Source of the DNA: Candidatus Helarchaeota archaeon
GTDB lineage: Archaea > Asgardarchaeota > Lokiarchaeia > Helarchaeales > RDOG01
Length of the DNA stretch: 64,000 nucleotides
Direction: 5' to 3'
Assembly (NCBI GenBank): GCA_019058315.1
Contig: JAHPZH010000002.1
Coordinates: 512,001-576,000 of the forward strand
Shown: positions 48,613-59,393 of the stretch, piece by piece
Layout of the letters: the number at the start of each line of letters is the position of its first letter
How positions within the stretch are numbered: the first letter of the stretch is position 1
The notes under the pieces: model-generated
What the model was told of the DNA's origin: nothing
Databases searched by the model: none
The model's input: only the letters and a program-made list of their open reading frames with translations
Translations under genes and position numbers: made by a program

Positions 48613-48888
48613 TCACGATTTATTTTGTTTATTTCGATTTTTTACTCGCTTTTTTCTATTAGATTCATAATAAAATGTGGCTAATCTATCCCAAAGATAA
48701 AGAAACGCAAGAACTAAAATTACACTTATAAAGACTTTTAAAAAATCGTTAATAAAGCCACCTATTCCAACTGGAAGCGTTAAATCAATCGGTACAATAA
48801 ATAAATCAATGAATAAAAAACCTCCTATAATTACAAACCATATTGCTATTATCAAAACAAGTAATTCATTATATTTTTTTGATTCCAT
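48613..48888 (-). CDS. Small two-TM membrane protein
   Basis: Two hydrophobic helices and a basic tail, tightly packed in the operon. Confidence 0.75.
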   Translation of the reverse strand: MESKKYNELLVLIIAIWFVIIGGFLFIDLFIVPIDLTLPVGIGGFINDFLKVFISVILVLAFLYLWDRLATFYYESNRKKRVKNRNKQNKS

Positions 48889-48901
48889 TTAATTCACCAA
48901 T

Positions 48902-49948
48902 TTAAAGGACAATATATGTAAGAAATGAAGTTATAAGAGCCAAAATCCCCGAATATATTGTAAGTAAATGAAATATTTTTACAATTTCTTGTTCTGTTAA
49001 GGGATCTTTTATAAGAACTAATCCTGCTAATGTAATTGGAACATTTTTTTTCATTGATACATCCAATTTACCGTCTGATAATAAAACTGTAGGCTTTATT
49101 TTAACTTCTGAATGTTCTTTAAAACCTCCAAAACTTCTTAGGGTTTGAAATGAATTCATTATGATTGGTATACATACGATTACTCCTATTAATTCAGTCT
49201 TTGAGATTATAATGGTGGCAGCAAAGGCTGCACCAATAGTTAACGAACCAACATCACCTGAAAAAACTTTGGCTGGATATTTATTGTATTGGAAATAAGC
49301 AATTAATATTCCTAAGAATATCGTAGATAAAAATACACCACTAAATGATAAGAAAATAAATGAGGCACACAATATAACTATAAAAGATATTATACTAATT
49401 CCAGGCATTGCCCCATTATATACATCAATCATATTGAAGGTATTAGCACATACTGTAGCAATAAGAAATATTAATAATGGATAGACATAACCTAATCTTG
49501 TGTTTCCTAAAAAGGGTAATGGTAGAGATGAACCATAGACTCCAAACACCCAAATAGGTAATCCTATTGATAAACATAAAATTGGTTTTGTTTTAGCTCC
49601 AAGTCCTTTTCCTTTTCTCTTTTTTAGATCATCAAATAAACCTATTAAAAATGCCATAAATAATACTCCAATCGTAGCAAATATTTTCATAAATTCCTCT
49701 TGGAAGAAAAAAAAGCTAGCAACTAATGCTGATATTAGAATTATTAAAGCAAATCCAAAAAATCCAAGACCTCCCATTTCTGGAACTCTCGGTCTTGATT
49801 GTTTATGGACATCAAAACCATAAATTCCACGTTCATCAAGTTTTTGAATTACTTTTGGCATTAACTTATAGGTAATAAAGAAACCAAATAAGAAAAGGGC
49901 GATAATTATTAGCGAGAGAATGAGAAGGTTTTCTAATGTATAATACAT
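48902..49948 (-). CDS. aglH: UDP-GlcNAc:dolichyl-phosphate GlcNAc-1-P transferase (AglH/ALG7, MraY/GT4 family)
   Basis: G.DVHK....VPEMGG, GLFDD, N.FNMIDVYNG and KYPAKVFSGDVG in a polytopic membrane protein. Confidence 0.88.
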   Translation of the reverse strand: MYYTLENLLILSLIIIALFLFGFFITYKLMPKVIQKLDERGIYGFDVHKQSRPRVPEMGGLGFFGFALIILISALVASFFFFQEEFMKIFATIGVLFMAFLIGLFDDLKKRKGKGLGAKTKPILCLSIGLPIWVFGVYGSSLPLPFLGNTRLGYVYPLLIFLIATVCANTFNMIDVYNGAMPGISIISFIVILCASFIFLSFSGVFLSTIFLGILIAYFQYNKYPAKVFSGDVGSLTIGAAFAATIIISKTELIGVIVCIPIIMNSFQTLRSFGGFKEHSEVKIKPTVLLSDGKLDVSMKKNVPITLAGLVLIKDPLTEQEIVKIFHLLTIYSGILALITSFLTYIVL

Positions 49949-50229
49949 AGTGTTATTTCCTCATGTTATTGAAAAATATGCCCTAATTTAAACTTTTTAT
50001 ATAGTAAGTAAATTGTTTATTCTCTTTAAAATCATTTCATTGTTGACAAATTCTTTTTGGTATTTTTCTATTAAAAAGTTTAGAATTAAGATCTTTATAA
50101 TAAGTACGAAATGAAAAATGAATCTTTATGGTTTTATTTTTTTAAAGCTGGGATATTACAATTTAAAAACAGACCCAGTTTATCAAAAAGAAATAGAATA
50201 ATTAAAAAAAAATAAAAATTAATAATATT

Positions 50230-52389
50230 TCAATTTTTTTTATCAAGATTAAATACTTTATTAAAAATATCTTTAGTATTTTGAAATTGCGAAATATTTC
50301 CTGCAAATGATTCGAGTCTATCCTCATATTGTCTTTCAAATTCTTTTACAAAATTGAATAAAGATCGAACTAAATATTCATTTGTTTTACCATTAATTAG
50401 GAGAAGTGCTTGAATATAATCCCCTGTTTCAACTTCTATATTATAATTTTTATATTTTAGACCTGTTACAGGTGTTTCTTTTTTAGAAATTTCAGTACCA
50501 AAACTTTGTATTGCTGTGATGAATCCACTTATTAAATCAGCATCTAATTTAATTGCACCTAATTGGTCTTGATAAATAGCTAGGCCATTATTCTTATGTA
50601 CTACGATAACATAATTAAGAATTGAAAGCGCATATATTCTTTCTATTAAAGCTAAGTTTTTATCGATATTTTCTGTTCCTATTTTAAAATCTTCCGTATA
50701 TTTATCAAAATCTTCATATGTATCTTTAAATGATGAAATATCATGAGTTGCTAGCTCCCGCAGTTCTTTTACCCATTGAATTAATTCATATTCTAATTCT
50801 ATCGCTGTATCATCATCAATGCAGCTTTCTTCCTCATACATTCCTTGAAATTTTAAAATCCATTTGTTCATGGATTCCAAAATTCTAAAATCAGGATAAT
50901 ATTTTTTCAAACCATTTTTAATTTTTGATAATGATAAAGTTATTTTTTTGATTTTTTCCTCATTACAACAAATATTAAAACATTCCTTTAATTCATTACT
51001 ACAATTAAATATTTCTGTTATCTTTGTAGCCACTTCCTCAGATTTTTCTAAGGTTTTTAAAGAATGTTGTAATGATATCGTTATTAAATTTCGTATATAA
51101 GCCAATAATCCAGTTGTTTGAGTTAAATCATTAGCCCAAACTTCAATAATTATATTAGGTTGATCCAATCTGACATTCACTACAATTTGTTGTCCTGTAA
51201 CTTTTACTTTACCAGAATAAAGTGTCGATAAATTATTTTTGTCTTCTTTAACTTTGGACAGATCCAATGCCTCAATTTGGCTAAGAGCAATATTTAATGC
51301 TTGTTTTTTGGAAATATCTCCATAATCTATTTTTGTAGTAGATTTTTTTAGCTTACTAATCCATTCATTTATCTCATACTCGGACATTGACTGTGGAATT
51401 ACCAAGGGACACTTTATCGCTATCTCTTTCGGATTTATTGTTAATGTATGGGCATTTCCATATGCATCTTGGTATGAAACTGCCCCAAAAACGGTTGATT
51501 TTCCACAAGTATTTGGAATTAATGTGAAATCTACCCCTCTTGAATTGTGTGGAGGTAAATTTGTAATTTTTTGAACAGATTCATCCCAAAAAAATTGATC
51601 TGATGGGTTTAACGTTACTAAAATATTATTTATACTCATGTCTGTATTGTTTTGTACCGCTACTTTGAATCTAATATTACCACCAAGATAATCAAATTCT
51701 CGTTTAACTGCAACCATTTCTGTAGGTACAGATATTTTTGGAGAGTAATAAATGATTTTATTTTCTACTGTGGAATCTATTAAATTGTATTCTAATAATT
51801 TCTTTAAATGTGGCTGGATTTGACCATGACTTAAACTTAAATATCTTTCAAGGTCGGATAACCTGATTTTTTCATAACGAATTATATGATCAAAAATTAA
51901 TTTTGTTCTTTCTTTCTTTAAAACTAATACTTTATCATCTTGAGTCTCATCAAATTCGAATAAAAAGTATGCCTTTTTATTCATAAATTTCTTGCTTCTA
52001 AGATATCCAAATTTTTCAAGGAATTTAAGATGTCTAAAGGCCATATACGATCCTAAATCAAAGGCTCTCTGAATTTCTCTAACATGAGAACCAGGATTAT
52101 TCTTTATATAATCGTAAATTCGAGCTCTTTTCTCGCTTTCTAACACATTAGCTTTAGTTACACTTGAACCTTCAATTAAGTAACCCTTTTGATACATATA
52201 ATTTAATGAACTTGTAATTTCATCTTCTGAATTACTAAGTTTGGAAGTACATAATTTATAAATATCATCAAAATTGAAGAATTTCTTCCTACTTCTAAGT
52301 TGTGAAGCAATTTCCAAAATTTTTTTTTCTAGCTTGCCTAAACCCTTTAACTTCGATATATAGAAAACCCCCTTATCGTTTCGGGTCAT
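50230..52389 (-). CDS. Multidomain protein: three wHTH, adaptin/COP appendage-like (Ig sandwich and platform), helical region, C-terminal longin
   Basis: wHTH RARIYDYIKNNPG...HL..LE..G; appendage-like FKVAVQNNTD...LPPH...VFGAVSYQD...IPQSMSE.E..EW; longin YVIVVHK..GL.I...LISGFITAIQSFGTE. Confidence 0.7.
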   Translation of the reverse strand: MTRNDKGVFYISKLKGLGKLEKKILEIASQLRSRKKFFNFDDIYKLCTSKLSNSEDEITSSLNYMYQKGYLIEGSSVTKANVLESEKRARIYDYIKNNPGSHVREIQRAFDLGSYMAFRHLKFLEKFGYLRSKKFMNKKAYFLFEFDETQDDKVLVLKKERTKLIFDHIIRYEKIRLSDLERYLSLSHGQIQPHLKKLLEYNLIDSTVENKIIYYSPKISVPTEMVAVKREFDYLGGNIRFKVAVQNNTDMSINNILVTLNPSDQFFWDESVQKITNLPPHNSRGVDFTLIPNTCGKSTVFGAVSYQDAYGNAHTLTINPKEIAIKCPLVIPQSMSEYEINEWISKLKKSTTKIDYGDISKKQALNIALSQIEALDLSKVKEDKNNLSTLYSGKVKVTGQQIVVNVRLDQPNIIIEVWANDLTQTTGLLAYIRNLITISLQHSLKTLEKSEEVATKITEIFNCSNELKECFNICCNEEKIKKITLSLSKIKNGLKKYYPDFRILESMNKWILKFQGMYEEESCIDDDTAIELEYELIQWVKELRELATHDISSFKDTYEDFDKYTEDFKIGTENIDKNLALIERIYALSILNYVIVVHKNNGLAIYQDQLGAIKLDADLISGFITAIQSFGTEISKKETPVTGLKYKNYNIEVETGDYIQALLLINGKTNEYLVRSLFNFVKEFERQYEDRLESFAGNISQFQNTKDIFNKVFNLDKKN

Positions 52390-52557
52390 ATCATTATTTT
52401 TGATTTTATGGATTAATAATAATTAATAATTGTTAATAATTATTTCGGTAATTGTTATCATATGATATAATATCATAATTTACATTTTTATTTAATTTAG
52501 GATGATTTAATAGCAAATTTATCCCCCATATTAAAAAATAAAAAAAGAAAAAAAATA

Positions 52558-55500
52558 TTATTTTTCTAGTTCTTCTAGTTCAGTTAACCATTCTTCTATT
52601 TCATCTTCTTCCAAAGTAACTAAATCTCTCAGTAATAATTGCTTTTCTTGCTCTGTAAGACTTTTTAGGTTTTGAACTCTTATATATACTTCTTCTGAAA
52701 TACTTGAGATTGGGCTAGTTATCATTGATTTTAGCTCTTCATAGGATACTTTTCTAAGTTTCAATGATTCGTCAGATTCTCTTAATACTTTCCGTATCTC
52801 TTCTGCACCTATACCGACTTTCTTTTTGACTTTTGTTTTCATGACCCTCTTGGTTTTTACTCTTGTGGATCTTCTCTTAACTAGTAATGTTGCTGTGACC
52901 GTTGCACTTGCTGCAATACTACCGATAATAATTATGATTATTATCGTAATGTCTTCTCCTGGTGGTATGAAGATGATAGGGTTTGGATTTTTTTTCACTT
53001 TAAATTGATAAGTTGCTGATATGTCAATTTGTCCACTTGTATCATTTACCCAAACTGAGTAATTAATTGTTTTTTTACTGGCATTCAAAGGAACATATGA
53101 AACAAAGCTCCAATAACCATCTGTGGTGCTTCCAGAAATAAAATTCATTTCAATATATTGGAATGAACCGTAGAGATTTGTATATAGAAATACATGCGAG
53201 ATTCCTTGATCGTCTGTTACATGTGCAGTTATATTAATGATGTCGAGAGGTCGTGGTTTATTATTATCAATGCTAACATCTATTATAGAAGGTGCGTCAT
53301 CCAAGATTATTTGATATTGGTAGCCACTAACACTATCCGAATTATCATTAGAATCATTTGTCCAGATGGAATAAGTAATTGTTGTACCAACAGAACCTTG
53401 AGGAATTATATAGTCCCAATAACTATCTTGAGCAGTGCCTGAGAGGAAATTCATTGAATAATCTTGAGAACTACCAGTGTAATTTGTATTGATTATAACT
53501 GAGTTAATTCCTACATTATCAGTTATATGTACAGTAATATTCACTGTGTCAAAATTATCTGGAATCAATGGGTCTTGTGAAACACCAACAATATTTGGAT
53601 CTTCATTATCTGTTATAAGATATTGGTAAGATATTGAAGTATTTGGATTATCAGAAGTATCATTAACCCAGATGGAATAATTGATTGTTGTTCCAGCCGC
53701 ACCTTGAGGAATAGTATAATTCCAATAACCATCTTGAAATGTGCCTGATAGAAAATCCATTTCGTGATCTAATGGGATTCCGGTGTGATTTGAATTGATT
53801 AAAACCGTATCAACTGCTTCATTATCCGTGATGTGGACAGTAATATTAACGGAATTCAAATTACCAGGGCTTAATGGGTCTCTTGAAACTGAAATTATAT
53901 CAGGGACTTCGTTGTCACCAATTATATATTGATATGGTCCAACGGTGTCTGAATTAGTGTTTGTATCATTCACCCAAATTGAATAAATGATTGAAGTTCC
54001 AATGGGATATGCGGGGATAGTAAAGTTCCAATAACCATCTTGAGTAGTTCCTGAAAGAAAATCCATTTCATAATTTGTTGGGGTTCCGCTGTGGTTAGAA
54101 TTGATTAAAACTGTGTCTACTTCTACATTATCAGTAACATGGACAGTAATATTTACTAAATCTAAGTCACTAGGACTATTAGGATCCCTAGAAACTATAC
54201 CTATATTAGGATCTTCGTTATCCACAACAAGATATTGGTAAGAATTTGTATTATTCGAATTGCTACTTGTATCATTTACCCAAATGGAATAATTGATTAT
54301 TGAACCAGCAGCAACTTGAGGAATTTGATATTTCCAATAACCATTTTCAACCTTACCAGATATAAAATTCATTGAGTAATTTACGAAACTTCCAGAATGA
54401 TTCGTATTAATCATTACTTTATGAACACTAACGTTATCGGTAATGTGTACTGTTATATTGACGATATCCAAATTGCCAGGTGAAGTTGGATCTTGTAAAA
54501 CCTCGAGGATATTTGGTACTTCAGTATCATTAAAGACGCATCTAGGGCCTAAAGGATTAATAGTAGGTGGATTTGCTATAAGGGTATCATATAAATCGTC
54601 AACAAAATCTTGTTTATCATTAACATTTGTCGAACCTACATCTTTATAGAATTGCCAGAACCCGAAACTGTTGGTAATCGCAGTGTTACCACTCTCTACT
54701 CCGATAGCAATAGAAATAGAAGCAAGAGGGTTACTAGGAAATTCACATTCTCTAATCCGCATGTCATTTAAATACGGATCCGGAGTCATATCCCATAAAG
54801 TAATTAAAGTATCGGAATCACCAGTATCTTCTGTAAACATTTTTCCCTCGTCTAACACTATATAATGATCTTGCCAACTAATGCCAGTATAATCAAAAGT
54901 TTCACTTGACCAAGCCCCACTTGTATAGTAATACTGTGCATCAAAGTCAATAATTTTATCTTCGGCCTGAAAACCTCCTCTAAACCAACAAGTCCCTGAA
55001 CCAGGATAATTTTGATATCTGTAAATATAAGAATTTTCGTAAAATCTAAAGTACGTCCAATAATTGTCATCCGCAATTTGCCATGCTTCAATAAAAATTG
55101 GACCATCATTGATTATTGGAGTAGCATATAAATTGCCGAAAGGATTACAAGCTACATGTCCCATTTGATAACGGGTTCCTCCACCAAGATGTTCGTTTCC
55201 ATCAGTATCGAACTGGCGAAGAACTGCCATATTATCAATATTCATTATTGCTGAACCACCATCCATAAAATTTACCGTGTAACCTGTCCTTGAAATATCC
55301 GTATAACCTGCAGGATTTGTTGGAGTACTATTATAATAAACTCTATATGATTTAGTTTCTGATGCACTTAAACTATCTATGAATGCAATATTTGCAGAAG
55401 ACACATATAAAATTTCATCTTCTTCATATCCACTTGACCATGAATTATCTGTAGCAGCTACATAGATACCTGCTTTAAAATTACCACTTGTATGAAGATA

Positions 55501-58005
55501 TTCCCTATATACAGAAGTTTGTGGAATAACAAAATCAATATTTACCCCAATCACAGACCAATTCAGACTATTCTCGTCCCAATACCAAACATTATATTTA
55601 TCAGTACCACAATCAAATGTGCATTTAAAAGTATACCACTTGTTGGTTTCGTATGCAATTCCAGTATCCTGAGCTGCACCATCACTATAATAAAAGTTTC
55701 CAGTATTATAAAAACCAAAACATACAGCATATCCACCGGATCCGACTAATGCAATAGCATGATATGTATCTATTGTAGCCATAGCAGTAATATAATATGT
55801 TCCACTTACTTGTGCAGTAAAGTCCTTTTCCATCTCACAAAAATCTCCAGTAGTACTATTGTCAATACACTCTACGACATTTTTATATCCCATAAAGCGT
55901 GGTAAAACCTGAATTTGTGTATTTGATCTTTCTGTAATCGTCCAACCGCTCGGATCTCCGAAATCAGATGAATTAGAAAATGTCTCATTCGCATTAGGTA
56001 CTATATTATAGACTTGTGAAATCAGCTCGTCTCCAGGACTATAGGGCGATTCATATATACGTAGAGAGTCTTTATAGCAGTACTTTCCTTCTTCAGTGAA
56101 AATTACAGGATCTATGATAACATCTGTTTGATTTACACCTGTATTTTCAGTAACTTGGAATTCTTTAAAAAGTATTAAAGTACCATTTCTGGAGTCTAAT
56201 GTTCCAATGGTAGGTGGATTTTCAATTAATGAATTATGTAAATTATCAACGAAATCTTGTTTATCGTTAATATTTGTCGACCCCGCATCTTTATAGAACT
56301 GCCACGCCCCCATGCTATGAGTAACTGCAGGTTCATATGTAGAATTTATTCCGATGGTTACACCAACACTTGCAGGTTCTGGAAAGTCGGCTTCTCTTAT
56401 CATTATATCATCCAAGTAAGGATCCGGTGTCATATCCCATAATGTAATTAAAATATTTGGGTCTCCAGTTTCTTCTTGAAACATTTTACCCGCATCTACT
56501 ACATTGAGATTACTTTGCCAAGATCCACCTGTATAATCAAATTCTTCATATTGCCAGCTACCAGTTTGATGAAAATAAGTTCCTTCAAAATCGAAAGTCG
56601 CTATACCACTACCTGAACCAAAAACAGCCCAAGCATAAACACCCACACCTGAATAATTATGATATTTATAGATATAAGAATTTGCATAATATCTATAAAA
56701 ACTCCATTCGCTTGCGGTATCAACGTGCCAGGCTTCGATAAAGATAGGACCATCAGATATAATTGGAGCAGCCGCTACGGAACCACCACCTCCATCATAT
56801 TCATGGGTAACAGTATTTTTATAAAAAGAATCTCCAGACATGCGCTCATCCCCATTTTTATCAAATTGGCGAATTAGTTCAAGGTCATCAACATACATCA
56901 TAACAGATCCACCATCCGTGAAATTCACTGTATAATTTGTCCTTGCGATATTAGTATATCCTGCTGGATTTGTCGGGGTGCTATTATAATATACGCGATA
57001 ATCTTTAGTTTCTGAGGCAGTTAAATTATCTATAAATGCAATATTAGCAGAAGACACATATAATATTCTATCTTCTTCGTATCCACTTGACCATGAATAA
57101 TCAAGAGCTGCTATATATAAGGCTTGTTTTATTAGTGAGCTATGAATCCAAGTTTGGTATAAAGTAGCACTATAAACATATAAATTAACATCCAATGCTA
57201 TAGAAACCCAGCTGAAAGAGGTTTCATCCCAATACCATACTGAATATTCATTTACTGAACAATCAAAGTCGATTTTAAAGGTGTACCATTTATTAGTCTC
57301 ATAATAAATTCCACTATCAAATGTTGCTCCTCCACTAGCATAGCAAATAGTTCCTGTTTGATTAAAATATAAACTAACTCCATATCCTGATGCACCATTT
57401 ATTGAAAATTCAAAGGTTGTGTTTTCTGTAGTTGTCATGAGTGTTACATAGGCTGTCCCAGAAACTTGATTTGAAAAACCATTTTTCATATCAACCATAT
57501 CACTACTTGAATTGTCAAACATTTCAACTACTTTTTTATAACCATTAAAACGTGGTAAAACCCTAATTGAAGTATTTAGAGGTTCAGTTACTGTCCAACC
57601 ACTCGGATCTCCGAAATCAGGTGATGTGGAAAATGTTTCATACGCATTGGGTACAAGGTTATAAACTTGTGAAATCAGCTCGTCTCCAGGATTATAAGGC
57701 GATTTATATACACGTAAAGAATCTTTATAACAGTATTTTCCTTCTTCAGAGAAAGTTACAGGATCTATTATAACATCTGTTTGATTTTTTCCCGTATTTT
57801 CAGTAACTTTAAATTGTCTAAAATATTCGAAGTCGGTAGCTGCTTTTATATCCATAATTGAATTGTTAGTTATCTTAGGATCTTTAGCATAAGGAAATAT
57901 TGGTAAATTATTGCTTAATAAAAAACTGCAAAATATAGCTGTGTTAAGGATTATTGCACCTATAATTAAGAAGGTAATGCCTTTATTCTTTTTAAGGTTT
58001 CCCAT
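52558..58005 (-). CDS. Giant single-pass surface protein with a duplicated lectin-like module and five Ig-like repeats
   Basis: Signal/TM, two ~551-aa modules (F.VTENTG.NQTDVIIDPV...), five D.E.P.I...(I/V)NIT.H(I/V)TD repeats, TM (IIIIIIIGSIAASA) and a ~100-aa cytoplasmic tail. Confidence 0.88.
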   Translation of the reverse strand: MGNLKKNKGITFLIIGAIILNTAIFCSFLLSNNLPIFPYAKDPKITNNSIMDIKAATDFEYFRQFKVTENTGKNQTDVIIDPVTFSEEGKYCYKDSLRVYKSPYNPGDELISQVYNLVPNAYETFSTSPDFGDPSGWTVTEPLNTSIRVLPRFNGYKKVVEMFDNSSSDMVDMKNGFSNQVSGTAYVTLMTTTENTTFEFSINGASGYGVSLYFNQTGTICYASGGATFDSGIYYETNKWYTFKIDFDCSVNEYSVWYWDETSFSWVSIALDVNLYVYSATLYQTWIHSSLIKQALYIAALDYSWSSGYEEDRILYVSSANIAFIDNLTASETKDYRVYYNSTPTNPAGYTNIARTNYTVNFTDGGSVMMYVDDLELIRQFDKNGDERMSGDSFYKNTVTHEYDGGGGSVAAAPIISDGPIFIEAWHVDTASEWSFYRYYANSYIYKYHNYSGVGVYAWAVFGSGSGIATFDFEGTYFHQTGSWQYEEFDYTGGSWQSNLNVVDAGKMFQEETGDPNILITLWDMTPDPYLDDIMIREADFPEPASVGVTIGINSTYEPAVTHSMGAWQFYKDAGSTNINDKQDFVDNLHNSLIENPPTIGTLDSRNGTLILFKEFQVTENTGVNQTDVIIDPVIFTEEGKYCYKDSLRIYESPYSPGDELISQVYNIVPNANETFSNSSDFGDPSGWTITERSNTQIQVLPRFMGYKNVVECIDNSTTGDFCEMEKDFTAQVSGTYYITAMATIDTYHAIALVGSGGYAVCFGFYNTGNFYYSDGAAQDTGIAYETNKWYTFKCTFDCGTDKYNVWYWDENSLNWSVIGVNIDFVIPQTSVYREYLHTSGNFKAGIYVAATDNSWSSGYEEDEILYVSSANIAFIDSLSASETKSYRVYYNSTPTNPAGYTDISRTGYTVNFMDGGSAIMNIDNMAVLRQFDTDGNEHLGGGTRYQMGHVACNPFGNLYATPIINDGPIFIEAWQIADDNYWTYFRFYENSYIYRYQNYPGSGTCWFRGGFQAEDKIIDFDAQYYYTSGAWSSETFDYTGISWQDHYIVLDEGKMFTEDTGDSDTLITLWDMTPDPYLNDMRIRECEFPSNPLASISIAIGVESGNTAITNSFGFWQFYKDVGSTNVNDKQDFVDDLYDTLIANPPTINPLGPRCVFNDTEVPNILEVLQDPTSPGNLDIVNITVHITDNVSVHKVMINTNHSGSFVNYSMNFISGKVENGYWKYQIPQVAAGSIINYSIWVNDTSSNSNNTNSYQYLVVDNEDPNIGIVSRDPNSPSDLDLVNITVHVTDNVEVDTVLINSNHSGTPTNYEMDFLSGTTQDGYWNFTIPAYPIGTSIIYSIWVNDTNTNSDTVGPYQYIIGDNEVPDIISVSRDPLSPGNLNSVNITVHITDNEAVDTVLINSNHTGIPLDHEMDFLSGTFQDGYWNYTIPQGAAGTTINYSIWVNDTSDNPNTSISYQYLITDNEDPNIVGVSQDPLIPDNFDTVNITVHITDNVGINSVIINTNYTGSSQDYSMNFLSGTAQDSYWDYIIPQGSVGTTITYSIWTNDSNDNSDSVSGYQYQIILDDAPSIIDVSIDNNKPRPLDIINITAHVTDDQGISHVFLYTNLYGSFQYIEMNFISGSTTDGYWSFVSYVPLNASKKTINYSVWVNDTSGQIDISATYQFKVKKNPNPIIFIPPGEDITIIIIIIIGSIAASATVTATLLVKRRSTRVKTKRVMKTKVKKKVGIGAEEIRKVLRESDESLKLRKVSYEELKSMITSPISSISEEVYIRVQNLKSLTEQEKQLLLRDLVTLEEDEIEEWLTELEELEK
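54550..57830 (-). repeat. Intragenic duplication of a ~1.65-kb module
   Basis: acttgtgaaatcagctcgtctccagga occurs at 56012 and 57665 (offset 1653 nt). Boundaries are approximate. Confidence 0.85.
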
Positions 58006-58472
58006 TTTACATTCTCCATTTTTATTTTCGATTTTAATTAGTATTTTTTAAATTTATAGAATTACTTAATTTAAGTAAAAAGAATAAAAAATTCAATTTA
58101 AATCAAGAGGGGGCAATTTTATGCAAAAAAAACAGTAAATAAAAATGATTAAAATAAAATAAATTCTTAACTTATTATCTCCTGCATTGTTCTAATTCAA
58201 AGCTCTAGTATGTTCACATAATTTTTAATATTTAAATCTATTTAATTAGATAAAATATAAAATTTATTAAGTAATTATATAAATATGTAATCGTGAGTAA
58301 TGAAATTTTAATATGTGACTTGAATTCTATTGTAATTCATCTTCATTCTCAATTTTGATTTATAAATAAAATGAAGAATACAAAATTTCCTCTAATAATT
58401 TATAATAAAATAATATCTTCTTGTTAAGAAGGGACAAAGATTTTTTAATTCTTTTAATATGAAATAAATTAA

Positions 58473-59324
58473 ATGAATTTTTTAAAGAGTCTAGTCAAAA
58501 AATTGAAATATAATATTTCAAAAATTTTAAAATCAAAAATTCTACAGTTAGTTAGATATTTTAAGAAAAAATCACCAAAATTGGAGAAGTTAATTAGTGA
58601 AATAAAATATTTCTTACGTGGTCATGGCTTATATAGCATAAATACAAATAATATGACAAGGTTCAACGGAGATTCAATTCTAGCATCACTGATTGATGAA
58701 ATAATTACCTATTTTAATATATCTTCCTTAATAGAGACTGGAACTTTTTTAGGGGCAACTTCATTAATTATGGCACAACAATATTCAAAGTTACCTATTC
58801 TAACTTGTGAAGTGGAAAAAAAAATCTATAATATCGCAATTCGAGTTCTAAAAAGGCATAAAAATGTAAGAATAGAAAATATTAGTTCAGAAAAATTTCT
58901 GAAAAAATTATTTAAATATAAAAAAAATTATCAAACTATATTTAAATTTCCTTTAATTTATCTTGACGCGCATTGGTATGATTTTTGGCCACTTCAAAGT
59001 GAAATAAAGGAAATTTCAAATGAATTAAATAAAACTATTATAGTAATTCACGATTTCGAAGTTCCAAATAATCCTGAATTTAATTATTATGTTTACTTAA
59101 GTTCAGATACAAAAAAAATTCACTGTAATTTATCTTTGATTAAAAATGAATTAAACAGTAAAAATCATTATTCCCTTTTATATCCTAAATATAATAAAAA
59201 AGAAGCAAAAGTATTAAAATTAACAGGATATATCATAATATTTCAAAATCTTAGGGAATTATTTAACAATTTTATTAATAATAAATTAGTTAAAAAGAAC
59301 TTTTTTGAATTTAAAAACGAATAA
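58473..59324 (+). CDS. Putative class I SAM-dependent methyltransferase
   Basis: LIETGTFLG, TCE, YLDAHW...PL..E, IHDF. Confidence 0.75.
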   Translation: MNFLKSLVKKLKYNISKILKSKILQLVRYFKKKSPKLEKLISEIKYFLRGHGLYSINTNNMTRFNGDSILASLIDEIITYFNISSLIETGTFLGATSLIMAQQYSKLPILTCEVEKKIYNIAIRVLKRHKNVRIENISSEKFLKKLFKYKKNYQTIFKFPLIYLDAHWYDFWPLQSEIKEISNELNKTIIVIHDFEVPNNPEFNYYVYLSSDTKKIHCNLSLIKNELNSKNHYSLLYPKYNKKEAKVLKLTGYIIIFQNLRELFNNFINNKLVKKNFFEFKNE

Positions 59325-59393
59325 ATTAAGTAATTTTTATTAAGACTGTTAAGGTTATGCATTTAAGAGAATTAAACAATAATTATTCAAGAA

